Below are positions 24,384 to 33,216 of a stretch of 61,637 bases of DNA, piece by piece. Positions within the stretch are counted from its first letter, which is position 1. Each line of letters opens with the position of its first letter. Position numbers and translations under genes: made by a program. Under the pieces are notes generated by a model. It had not been told where the DNA came from and did no database searches. It worked only from the letters and a program-made list of their open reading frames with translations. This DNA is from Parcubacteria group bacterium GW2011_GWA2_48_9 (lineage in GTDB: Bacteria; Patescibacteriota; Patescibacteriia; UBA10025), in the NCBI GenBank assembly GCA_001003705.1, contig LCPQ01000006.1:1-61637 (forward strand), read 5' to 3'.

Positions 24384-24578
24384 ATGGGAACAAAGTACTT
24401 CATAGTCAGTCTGGTCACTGGTACCGTCATCTCGGTGTTTATCGGGTGGCTGACTGGAAACTGGTTTTGGTTCTGGCTTCCCGAAGTATTCTTTTTCATC
24501 GCCAGCTGCCTAATTGGCGCTGTTCGCTGGTACTACTGCAAGTACGAACTTGATCGCCGACCTGACGACGATGATTAA
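24384..24578 (+). CDS. small two-TM membrane protein with acidic tail
   Basis: SD GGGGAGGGGG precedes ATG 24384. Helices IVSLVTGTVISVFIGWL and WLPEVFFFIASCLIGAV, with the C-terminus PDDDD. Confidence 0.55.
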   Translation: MGTKYFIVSLVTGTVISVFIGWLTGNWFWFWLPEVFFFIASCLIGAVRWYYCKYELDRRPDDDD

Positions 24579-24626
24579 CGGCCCGCCACACGTTGTTGGG
24601 TCTTTTCTTGTTGGTTGGAAAAATTA

Positions 24627-24646
24627 TTAAAGTGTTAACACATTAA
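24627..24646. promoter_or_regulatory. 20-bp near-perfect palindrome (operator-like)
   Basis: TTAAAGTGTTAACACATTAA, with the perfect core GTGTTAACAC. A partial second copy, TTGTTAACGT, lies at about 24693-24702. Confidence 0.5.
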
Positions 24647-24801
24647 TACATTTAAAAATACCAGAGAGACTGATTGACAATCTTGCGCGGGGTTGTTAAC
24701 GTTTTGTAATCCTTTCGTACATTTGACATTCAAAGTATTACCGCCAATAACGGCGATAGCCCAACTTGAGGGCACAACGTCATGTTTTGCGGAGGTTTCA
24801 C

Positions 24802-25152
24802 ATGACCAAGGCAGAGAAGTTCTGGATGATTTTCATCATCGGGGTGATTGTCACAGTCATCGCAGGGTTCGCTACCGAACGGTGGTGGGGAGCCATCCTC
24901 ACGTTCGGCCTGTTGACCGTGATTGCCGCCATACTCGCTGCGACATCCCACGAGTACAATTACAGCAGCGCGGGCTGGGCCACCCTTTGGATCGGTCTGA
25001 TCGTCATGTTTGTCGGTGGTCTGTTCACCAAGATGCTGTTCGTATGGGTGGCTTGCGGCATTGGCGCCATCGTTTATGGTCTCATGGTCGGTTGGATCAT
25101 GCCGGTAGAGTCAGAACGTGTTTCCCAACGACGGCTTGGCATCCACAAATAG
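24802..25152 (+). CDS. four-TM small membrane protein
   Basis: SD GGAGG at 24791-24795 precedes ATG 24802 (MTKAEKFW). Four hydrophobic helices. Confidence 0.6.
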   Translation: MTKAEKFWMIFIIGVIVTVIAGFATERWWGAILTFGLLTVIAAILAATSHEYNYSSAGWATLWIGLIVMFVGGLFTKMLFVWVACGIGAIVYGLMVGWIMPVESERVSQRRLGIHK

Positions 25153-25254
25153 TGCTAATCCGATCGTCGACTTGTTTTCCCGGCCCCCTCACTATGAGTG
25201 TGGGTCGGTTTTCTTTTGTCCATCTGTTTGTAAAAAACTGAAAAAGTTAGTATA

Positions 25255-26610
25255 ATGAATCCACTTTATATGCCAGAAACCACTGTCATGGACAAGTTAA
25301 TCTCCCTCGCCAAGAGACGAGGATTTATTTTCCCGTCCGGTGAACTCTATGGCGGTTTACAGGGCTTTTGGGACTTCGGCCCGCTCGGGGTTGAGTTAAA
25401 AAACAACATCAAACGATCGTGGTGGAAGCGGTTCGTGCAGGAGCGGGGGGACGTCGTTGGGTTAGATGCGGCAATTGTTACCAATCCGAAAGTATGGGAA
25501 AAGAGCGGGCACGTCGAAGGATTTGCTGATGAGTTAGTTGAATGCAAAAAATGCCATCATAGGTTTAAAGCCGATGACATAGCAAATAGCGAATCGCACA
25601 TGGCGAATGGTAGGAAGTGTCCAGATTGTGGAGGGGAACTTACGCAGTCGCGGAAGTTTAACACGATGTTTAAAACGTTTGTCGGGCCGGTGGAGGACTC
25701 CTCGAGCGTGGCCTATATGCGCCCTGAAACAGCGCAGAATATTTTTGTGAATTTCGACACCATCCGGCAATCCATGCGGTTGAAAATCCCGTTCGGGATT
25801 GCCCAGATCGGCAAAGCATTCCGGAACGAGATAACCCCGGGGAACTTTATTTTCCGCTCGAGAGAGTTCGAGCAGATGGAGATTGAATATTTTGTACATC
25901 CGAAAGATGACGAAAAGTGGTTTGAAGCATGGGTGGCGGCGAGCCACACATGGTTTACTGATATGGGGTTGAAGGCTGACAACTTGAGAAAGTATGAGCA
26001 GAAAAAAGAAGAGCTCGCGCATTACGCCAAACGGACAATTGATATTGAGTATAAGTTTCCTTTCGAGAAAGGTTGGGCAGAGTTGATGGGCATCGCGAAC
26101 CGTACCGATTATGACTTGAAAGCTCATGGGTTGAAATACCGTGACGAAGTGTCTACTGAGGAATTCATACCGTATGTAATTGAACCGTCGGCCGGTGTCG
26201 ACCGCGCAGCGCTAGCGTTCTTGCTGGATGCCTATCAAGAGGTTGAAGGCGGACGGACTACCACGACGGAGAGTAATAAGGAAAAAGAAATCGTATTGCG
26301 ACTACACAAAGAGTTAGCACCAGTAAAGGTGGCCGTACTGCCGCTTTCGAAGAAAGAACAGCTCTCATCAGTGGCAAAAGACATTGCCTCGTCGCTCCGC
26401 AATAAGTTTGTCACCATGTACGACGAAATCGCTTCCATCGGACGCCGCTACCGCCGCCAGGACGAGATAGGCACGCCATTTTGCGTGACGGTCGATTTCG
26501 ATTCGCTCGAGGACAAAAAGGTGACCGTCCGGGACCGCGATACGATGAAGCAAGATCGCATCCCCATAGCTGAGTTAGAAGATTATTTAACGGAACAACT
26601 ACGAACATGA
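25255..26610 (+). CDS. glyQS: glycyl-tRNA synthetase (homodimeric GlyQS type)
   Basis: LAKRRGFIFPSGELYGGLQGFWDFGPLG, FRNEITPGNFIFRSREFEQMEIEYF, and the C-terminal anticodon-binding domain. A TATAAT hexamer overlaps ATG 25255, so the true start may be ATG 25270 or 25288. Confidence 0.9.
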   Translation: MNPLYMPETTVMDKLISLAKRRGFIFPSGELYGGLQGFWDFGPLGVELKNNIKRSWWKRFVQERGDVVGLDAAIVTNPKVWEKSGHVEGFADELVECKKCHHRFKADDIANSESHMANGRKCPDCGGELTQSRKFNTMFKTFVGPVEDSSSVAYMRPETAQNIFVNFDTIRQSMRLKIPFGIAQIGKAFRNEITPGNFIFRSREFEQMEIEYFVHPKDDEKWFEAWVAASHTWFTDMGLKADNLRKYEQKKEELAHYAKRTIDIEYKFPFEKGWAELMGIANRTDYDLKAHGLKYRDEVSTEEFIPYVIEPSAGVDRAALAFLLDAYQEVEGGRTTTTESNKEKEIVLRLHKELAPVKVAVLPLSKKEQLSSVAKDIASSLRNKFVTMYDEIASIGRRYRRQDEIGTPFCVTVDFDSLEDKKVTVRDRDTMKQDRIPIAELEDYLTEQLRT

Positions 26611-27881
26611 TTCGATTCCAGCAAACACGCATGCCAAACGGTTTGCGCGTTGTTTTAGTTCCACTTCATGAGACACAGGCAGTGACATCCTTATTGCTAG
26701 TTCAAGTTGGCTCGCGATATGAGACGCGCAAGCTCAACGGCATGTCGCACTTCATCGAACATTTGATGTTCAAAGGTACGGAGAAACGGCCCTCAACACT
26801 GGATATTTCCCGTATCTTAGACGGCGTTGGTGCTGATTATAACGCGTTCACGTCGAAGGACCATACAGGGTACTATATCAAGTCGAACCACGAGCATCTC
26901 GAAATGTCGCTCGACATCCTTTCAGATATGGTGTTCCATTCGCGGTTCGCGCAGGAAGAGATCGAACGCGAGCGCGGAGTTATCGTAGAGGAAATCAACA
27001 TGTACGAGGATAACCCGATAATGTTTACGGAGGATTTATTTGAAGAGACCATGTTTGGTGATACACCACTTGGGTGGAAAATTGCCGGTCCGCGCGAAAA
27101 TATCCGGTCCGTCACTCGTCAGGAATTGTTGACACTGCGCGAACACTACCACGTCCCGTCAAATATGATCCTCGTGCTGTCCGGCCGGTTGCCAGGAAAC
27201 GCCACGAAGCTTATCTCAAAATATTTCAGCATTCCACGCGTAAAAAAGAACGGTAAATCGTACACTGGTTTTACGCCGCACCAGTTGAGACCACTCATCT
27301 CGGTCCATTATAAGGATACCCACCAAGTTCAACTCGCGCTTGGGGTGAGGGGGTATGAGTACCTGCACCCAAAACTCTATGCGCTTCACCTGCTCTCCGT
27401 TATTCTCGGCGGCACCATGAGTTCGCGCTTATTCATCTCTATACGCGAGCGACAAGGACTGTGTTATTTCATCCGTTCGAGTGCAAATGCCTATGAAGAT
27501 ACAGGAACCTTCATGATCCAGGCGGGGCTGGACCGCACAAGAATCAAGGAAGCGATCAGGGCTATTATTACCGAACTGGACAAGGTGTTGAAGAAGGGGA
27601 TCAAAGCTGAAGAATTGACACGAGCAAAACAATATATGCGAGGCAAGCTTATCTTAAGCCTCGAAGATTCAGAGAATATCGCTTCGTGGGCGTCAAAGCA
27701 GTTGATGTTCCATAAAAAAATACTTACCCCCGAACAGCAATTGAAAAAAATCCAGCGGATTACCGCAGCGGATATCCACGCTGTCGCGAAGGATATTTTT
27801 CAGGACAAACGATTGTCCATGGCTCTCATAGGCCCTTACCGCCATCCCGAAGAATTTTCGAAACTGTTGAGATTCCCGTAA
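26607..27881 (+). CDS. M16-family (pitrilysin-like) zinc peptidase
   Basis: Inverted zinc motif HFIEHLMFKGT. The start overlaps the glyQS stop (ATGA). Confidence 0.88.
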   Translation: MIRFQQTRMPNGLRVVLVPLHETQAVTSLLLVQVGSRYETRKLNGMSHFIEHLMFKGTEKRPSTLDISRILDGVGADYNAFTSKDHTGYYIKSNHEHLEMSLDILSDMVFHSRFAQEEIERERGVIVEEINMYEDNPIMFTEDLFEETMFGDTPLGWKIAGPRENIRSVTRQELLTLREHYHVPSNMILVLSGRLPGNATKLISKYFSIPRVKKNGKSYTGFTPHQLRPLISVHYKDTHQVQLALGVRGYEYLHPKLYALHLLSVILGGTMSSRLFISIRERQGLCYFIRSSANAYEDTGTFMIQAGLDRTRIKEAIRAIITELDKVLKKGIKAEELTRAKQYMRGKLILSLEDSENIASWASKQLMFHKKILTPEQQLKKIQRITAADIHAVAKDIFQDKRLSMALIGPYRHPEEFSKLLRFP

Positions 27882-27899
27882 AGGGTATATACTCATTTT

Positions 27900-28961
27900 A
27901 TGGAGGAGCAACGCCCCCAACAGCCCATCACAGTTAATATTTCCTCACTGACAATCGTTAAGATTTTGATTGTTGGCATGCTTTTGTGGTTTTTTTACCT
28001 TATCCGCGATGTTGTCCTCATCCTGCTTGTGTCAGTCATCTTGGCTTCCGCATTTAATCCATGGATCAACTGGCTGAAGCTACGGCGTATCCCACGCGTC
28101 GTCGGCGTACTGGTCATTTATCTTCTCGTATTTGGAATTTTCACTGCGGCGGTGGGGTTACTCATTCCCCCTATAGCTGACCAGCTCTCGCAGATAGGCA
28201 ACAATTTTCCTGAATATTACAATCGCATCACGTCCGATTTCCAGAACTTTAAGGATTTCTCGATTTCCAGCGGCGTCCTAGGGAACGTAGAAAAAGCAAT
28301 CGAATCGCTTCAAGTAAACATCGCCCAGACCACCAAGGGCATTTTTTCGTCCTTCATCAGCATTTTTGGGGGTTTCTTTGCCTTTATTGGCGTGGTAGTT
28401 ATTACGTTCTACATGCTGATAGAAGAAAATGCCGTGAAACGGTTCATCCGGATTATTTCACCTGAAAAGTATCAACCCTACTTGAGTCAATTCGCGAACC
28501 GCATGCAGGAAAAAATCAGCCAATGGTTACGCGGACAACTTATCTTGTCGTTGATTATCGGCGTCATGTCCTATATCGGCTTGTTAATATTGGGCGTTGA
28601 GTATCCGTTAGTACTTGCTCTCTGGGCGGGCCTGACTGAGTTTATTCCGTACCTTGGGCCGTTTATTGGTGCGATACCGGCGGTATTTATTGCTTTTAAC
28701 GGTAGTCCGGTGACAGCATTGCTCGTGGTTGCTCTCTATACGCTCATCCAACAGCTTGAGAATAATTTCCTCGTGCCGCGCGTAATGTCGAAAGCGGTCG
28801 GCTTAAATCCTTTAATTGTCATCATCGTCATGCTAGTGGGCGCAAAGATTGCCGGCTTGGTTGGCATCTTGCTCGCAGTGCCGGTAACACTCATTATTGA
28901 AATTTTCCTCCGAGATTTCATGCAAGGCCAAGGGCAGGAGGACCGGCGGCTAGGGGCATAG
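27900..28961 (+). CDS. AI-2E family transporter (PerM/YhhT-like permease)
   Basis: About 8 TM helices. The C-terminal region WAGLTEFIPYLGPFIGAIPAV is typical of the family. Confidence 0.85.
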   Translation: MEEQRPQQPITVNISSLTIVKILIVGMLLWFFYLIRDVVLILLVSVILASAFNPWINWLKLRRIPRVVGVLVIYLLVFGIFTAAVGLLIPPIADQLSQIGNNFPEYYNRITSDFQNFKDFSISSGVLGNVEKAIESLQVNIAQTTKGIFSSFISIFGGFFAFIGVVVITFYMLIEENAVKRFIRIISPEKYQPYLSQFANRMQEKISQWLRGQLILSLIIGVMSYIGLLILGVEYPLVLALWAGLTEFIPYLGPFIGAIPAVFIAFNGSPVTALLVVALYTLIQQLENNFLVPRVMSKAVGLNPLIVIIVMLVGAKIAGLVGILLAVPVTLIIEIFLRDFMQGQGQEDRRLGA

Positions 28962-28987
28962 GAAAAGGCCGTAACACTCGAGTGAGG

Positions 28988-29173
28988 CTACGGCACGGAG
29001 TCGTGAATATTGGGTGGGGAAACGTGTGAAAACCTTCCCCCATTTTTTGGTTTCTTGCCCTTCTTGTTGCAGCTCGGGATGTTGGCTTGTACCACACCCC
29101 TGTTGAATCTCCTGAGTGCATCTTCAATCGATTCCCCGGGCTGTATCTGAATCGAAACATTGGCGACTCTCAT
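28988..29173 (-). CDS. divergent or degenerate ribosomal protein S21-like paralogue
   Basis: The N-terminal 26 aa VSIQIQPGESIEDALRRFNRGV match the S21 core. The remainder (ANIPSCNKKGKKPKNGG...) diverges. An alternative frame reads YKPTSRAATRRARNQK, which is also S21-like. Confidence 0.45.
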   Translation of the reverse strand: MRVANVSIQIQPGESIEDALRRFNRGVVQANIPSCNKKGKKPKNGGRFSHVSPPNIHDSVP

Positions 29174-29188
29174 CCGTTACCTCGCTTT

Positions 29189-29473
29189 TCAGTACCCCTT
29201 GTCCCACCAGGGACGCGTGTCGAACGCAGAAATCGTCGCTATCAACGGACGCTCCTTTGGCCGTTTCTTGGGCCTGAGTAGTCCTCTTTCTTTCATCATG
29301 CGGCGCATCACCTTAAGGTGCTTTTTTCGACGCAATTCTGATTTTGATACAAAGTACTTTCTGCGCTTCATCTCTCCTATGAGTCCCGTTTTGTCGCAGG
29401 CCTTTCGAAACCGCCGAAGCGCATGTTCAAATGGTTCATCGTCATGCACGCGTACTCCCACATTCATGGCCAT
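29189..29473 (-). CDS. rpsU: ribosomal protein S21 with C-terminal extension
   Basis: VRVHDDEPFEHALRRFRKACDKTGLIGEMKRRKYFVSKSELRRKK. SD GGAGG precedes the ATG at 29473 (or 29467). The track ORF start at 29563 is an upstream extension. Confidence 0.8.
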   Translation of the reverse strand: MAMNVGVRVHDDEPFEHALRRFRKACDKTGLIGEMKRRKYFVSKSELRRKKHLKVMRRMMKERGLLRPKKRPKERPLIATISAFDTRPWWDKGY

Positions 29474-29566
29474 AGGCCCTCCCACGCAAAAGTTCATTTT
29501 TCTTGAGTACGTCACTATAAACCCGTGTATATTTACTGTCAAACGCCGTTCCTGTAGGATCATTGT

Positions 29567-30247
29567 ATGGGCACGCTTTTCATCGTTGCTACGCCGATAG
29601 GCAATCTCGAAGATATTACGTTTCGAGCGCTTCGGGTATTGAAGGAAGTTGACGTCATTTTGTGCGAGGATACACGCCAGACGCAGAAGCTACTTATTCA
29701 TTTTCAGTTCCAAAAACGCATGATCAGCTACCACCAACATTCGAGTGAGGAACGAACACAGGAAATAATCGATATGTTACGCGAGGGAAAGCAGGTAGCA
29801 TTAGTGAGTGATAGCGGCACGCCTGGACTCTCCGACCCGGGAGGACGGCTTGTTCGCAGAGTGCGCGAAGAACTTGGCGCAGAGGTGGTCATCACGCCAG
29901 TTCCGGGACCATCTGCTTTGACTGCGGCGGCCTCAGTTGCCGGTCTGCCCGTTTCAGATTTTCTCTTTCTTGGGTTTATTCCGCATAAGAACGGCCGTCA
30001 AACGCTTTTTCGAAAAATCGGAGAAAGCGAACGCACGGTAGTCTTTTATGAATCTCCCCATCGGATTTTAAAAGCCATGCAGCAGCTGGAGGAAAATTGT
30101 GACCCCGACAGGCAAGTAGTCATATGTCGCGAGCTAACTAAGAAGTTTGAAACAATCGTTGCGGGGACGCTGTCCGAAGTCGCCGGAAAAATCCGATCTG
30201 AACAGCCACGGGGGGAGTATGTGGTATTAATTGAGGGAAAAAGATAG
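29567..30247 (+). CDS. rsmI: 16S rRNA (cytidine1402-2'-O)-methyltransferase
   Basis: GTLFIVATPIGNLEDITFRALRVLKEVDVILCEDTR and VSDSGTPGLSDPG. Confidence 0.9.
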   Translation: MGTLFIVATPIGNLEDITFRALRVLKEVDVILCEDTRQTQKLLIHFQFQKRMISYHQHSSEERTQEIIDMLREGKQVALVSDSGTPGLSDPGGRLVRRVREELGAEVVITPVPGPSALTAAASVAGLPVSDFLFLGFIPHKNGRQTLFRKIGESERTVVFYESPHRILKAMQQLEENCDPDRQVVICRELTKKFETIVAGTLSEVAGKIRSEQPRGEYVVLIEGKR

Positions 30248-30372
30248 CGACAACTTCCATCGTTTGTGTTCCGTTTTATTGGGTGTATGCTAGAAATAGT
30301 GCAAACTGATCGTTCACATACACCCTGCTCTGCGAGCGAGGCTCGCCAGGGCGGCCACGGAAAGGGGATGCC

Positions 30373-31113
30373 ATGCAGTCCGCAACATTCGCGTATTCAC
30401 CATACGGCGCATTTGAGCTGAAAAGCTCGTATCAGCGCCTCATGGCTTATGCCACGCTGTTTGCCGCGCTCATCGCTACGGCGCCGGTCATCGGTTTCAA
30501 TCTCTACCAATCCTTGAAGGCGGCAGAAGAGATTGTGCCGCCAACCATCATCGTTATCGATGGGACAGTGAATATCCCACCGCCCCCATCTATCACGCGC
30601 ACCACGCCCCACCCGCGTGTAAATATTCCAGACCTCGCTTTACCTGCGATCGGCATCCCGACTCCTGTGCCGGATGCGGAGGTGACTGAAGAGGTTCGGT
30701 TTGCAACCCGCGAGGAGCTGGCCGATCTCACGACGCCGGTCGGAGAGGATAACCTCTTTGCCGGTGCAGATTCAATTGTCATCAACGCTGGTCAAGAGGA
30801 GTACTTTCCCGGGGCAAACGAGTTTGTCTCCGCGGAAGAACAGCCCGTACGCATTGAATGTACCGCTCAACCAGTTTACCCGGAGATGGCGCGATTGACT
30901 AGGGTCAACGGATCCGTATGGGTCAAGGCGTTAGTCGACAAATACGGGAAGGTGCGCGACGTGGTAATCGCGAAACCATCCGGATCCTCCGTTGGGTTTG
31001 AAGAGGCGGCTATTGCGGCGGCAAAAACCTGCATATACAAACCCGCCATTCAAAATGGCAACTCCGTCGCCATCTGGGTGACGTATGAGGTGAAGTTTTC
31101 CCTCGGTAGGTAA
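30373..31113 (+). CDS. TonB-family protein (TM anchor, Pro-rich linker, TonB C-terminal domain)
   Basis: TM helix YATLFAALIATAPVIGF and linker IPPPPSITRTTPHPRVNIPDLALPAIGIPTPVP. The C-terminal domain reads PVYPEMARLTRVNGSVWVKALVDKYGKVRDVVI...FEEAAIAAAKTCIYKPAIQNG..V..WV.YEVKF. Confidence 0.8.
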   Translation: MQSATFAYSPYGAFELKSSYQRLMAYATLFAALIATAPVIGFNLYQSLKAAEEIVPPTIIVIDGTVNIPPPPSITRTTPHPRVNIPDLALPAIGIPTPVPDAEVTEEVRFATREELADLTTPVGEDNLFAGADSIVINAGQEEYFPGANEFVSAEEQPVRIECTAQPVYPEMARLTRVNGSVWVKALVDKYGKVRDVVIAKPSGSSVGFEEAAIAAAKTCIYKPAIQNGNSVAIWVTYEVKFSLGR

Positions 31114-31135
31114 CTTTGTTCATTGTGGCTGTCAT

Positions 31136-31178
31136 ATCCGACACGATCGAGCTGAGCTCGACGAGTCGGATTTTTCTT
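31136..31178 (+). terminator. intrinsic terminator after the TonB-like gene
   Basis: ATCCGAC...GTCGGAT with the nested TCGAGCT/AGCTCGA palindrome, then TTTTTCTT. Confidence 0.7.
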
Positions 31179-31217
31179 GTTTGAAAAAGGGAGCAGAGAG
31201 AGTATACTTAAATAAAT

Positions 31218-32660
31218 ATGTCCGAAAAGTTCTACATAACGACTCCCATATACTACGTTAACGACAAACCTCACATCGGCCACGCGTATACGACGATTGC
31301 GGCTGATGTTTTGGCGCGGTTTCACCGGTCCAAGCATCACGATGTACTTTTTCTCACTGGGACAGACGAACACGGCGACAAGGTGGCCGAGAGCGCGAAG
31401 AAGCAGGGGATGAAGATTGACGAATTTGTCGATAAGTACGCTGGAGAATTTGAGAATACGTTCAAAAACCTCAATATCCAGCATGATATCTTCATGCGGA
31501 CGACGATGCCTGAGCACGATGCGTCTGTGCAGATATTCATGCAGAAGCTCAAAGACGCCGATGCACTTTACGAAGGCGAATATCGAGGGCTCTATTGCCG
31601 GGGCTGTGAAGATTTCTATATGGAAAAGGATCTCGTGGACGGGAAATGCCCGGTACATAATGTAGCACCAGAGATCGTGAAAGAGAAAAACTGGTTTTTC
31701 AAGCTCGAATCGTATTTACCGCAAGTCAAGAAATTAATTGAAGAGGGGAAAATAATTATTGAACCGGCATCACGAAAAAACGAGGTACTCGGCCTTTTTA
31801 AGCAAGGTTTGAAGGATTTTTCAGTTACCCGGGAGCGAGTGAAGTGGGGACTGAATTTTCCCGGCAGTGACCAGAAAATATACGTATGGGTTGAAGCGTT
31901 ACAGAACTACATATCAGCTATCGGTTATGGCCGCGATGACATGAAGTTTAAGAAATGGTGGCCGGCTGATGTTCATCTCATGGCTAAAGATATTATCAAA
32001 TTCCACGCGGTATACTGGCCAGCCATGCTTATCGCTGCGGGAGAGGAACCACCGAAGAAAATCTTCGCCCACGGCTTTTTTAGCCTCGACGGCAAGAAAA
32101 TGTCTAAATCACTCGGCAACGTGATCGATCCGAACGAGTTAGTTAAAAAGTTTGGCGCTGACGCGACGCGATATCTGTTACTATCGCAATTTCCATTCGG
32201 GCAAGACGGCGATATTAAAGAATCAAAGTTTGTAGAGCAGTATAATGCCGATTTAGCTAATGGATTAGGCAACCTTGTATCCCGCACAGCAAATCTTATT
32301 GAAAAAAACAATCTTGAAATGCGCATCGAGCAGTCGGGCGACGGCCACCATGAGCTGGTCGAACAGACGATTTCCGAGATGCGATTCGATGACGCATTGA
32401 AGCTCATTCGACAGAAAATTTCTGATGCAAATAAATACCTGGATGAACGGCATCCATGGAAGATGACTGATGCTACGGCCATATCCGAAGTGATGACCCT
32501 CTTAGTCCGTGATATACTGAGTATTGCCCGGGCGCTCAAACCGTTTATGCCCGGGACATCTGAACGGATCGTGACACAATTCACAGCCGCGAAGATACTG
32601 AAAGGTACGCCTTTGTTTCCGAGAATTGTTGAGCAAGCCGGCAAGTCTGCACGCCCGTAA
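31218..32660 (+). CDS. metG: methionyl-tRNA synthetase (short form, no C-terminal tRNA-binding domain)
   Basis: TPIYYVNDKPHIGHAYT (HIGH), KMSKSLGN, and a single zinc knuckle CRGCEDF...CPVH. Confidence 0.92.
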   Translation: MSEKFYITTPIYYVNDKPHIGHAYTTIAADVLARFHRSKHHDVLFLTGTDEHGDKVAESAKKQGMKIDEFVDKYAGEFENTFKNLNIQHDIFMRTTMPEHDASVQIFMQKLKDADALYEGEYRGLYCRGCEDFYMEKDLVDGKCPVHNVAPEIVKEKNWFFKLESYLPQVKKLIEEGKIIIEPASRKNEVLGLFKQGLKDFSVTRERVKWGLNFPGSDQKIYVWVEALQNYISAIGYGRDDMKFKKWWPADVHLMAKDIIKFHAVYWPAMLIAAGEEPPKKIFAHGFFSLDGKKMSKSLGNVIDPNELVKKFGADATRYLLLSQFPFGQDGDIKESKFVEQYNADLANGLGNLVSRTANLIEKNNLEMRIEQSGDGHHELVEQTISEMRFDDALKLIRQKISDANKYLDERHPWKMTDATAISEVMTLLVRDILSIARALKPFMPGTSERIVTQFTAAKILKGTPLFPRIVEQAGKSARP

Positions 32661-32697
32661 GACCATTTGGTATTAGCCATTCGCCCTAAGCTCTTCT

Positions 32698-33204
32698 ATG
32701 CCTACATTCGACCTCATTCTTCTCGCTCTCTTTCTCTATTTTATCTTCAGTGGCTTTTGGTTCGGCCTTGTACATACCGTCGGTGTGCTTATCGGAATTG
32801 TTGTCGGTGTGCTTGCCGCTGGCACGTTCCATGAAGCCCTAGGGAATTTTCTACAATTTTTGTTTGTGAAAGGGGATGTTGCAAATTCAGCCTCATTTAT
32901 CATCGTCTTTATAGTAGTAAACCAGCTGGTGGGGTTCATTTTTCAGAGGTTGGACAAGGCGTTTAAACTTGCCACGATTATTCCCTTTTTGGGGCCGATT
33001 AACCGGATCGCCGGCGCCGTTCTCGGAATTGTGGTTGGCGTGCTGGTTGTCGGAACTATACTGACAGTCGCTAGCATCTACCCCTTCTCAGAGGGATTTG
33101 CCTCAGCTGTAGAGTCGTCTAGGCTTGCGGACATGTTTATCTCCGGAGCGAGCATTCTTACGGCCCTGTTTCCACAAAACTTACGAAGTTTACTAGGTTC
33201 CTAG
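32698..33204 (+). CDS. cvpA: CvpA-family membrane protein
   Basis: Four TM helices. The N-terminus FDLILLALFLYFIFSGFWFGLV is typical of the colicin V production protein family. Confidence 0.75.
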   Translation: MPTFDLILLALFLYFIFSGFWFGLVHTVGVLIGIVVGVLAAGTFHEALGNFLQFLFVKGDVANSASFIIVFIVVNQLVGFIFQRLDKAFKLATIIPFLGPINRIAGAVLGIVVGVLVVGTILTVASIYPFSEGFASAVESSRLADMFISGASILTALFPQNLRSLLGS

Positions 33205-33216
33205 TAGCCATTATTT

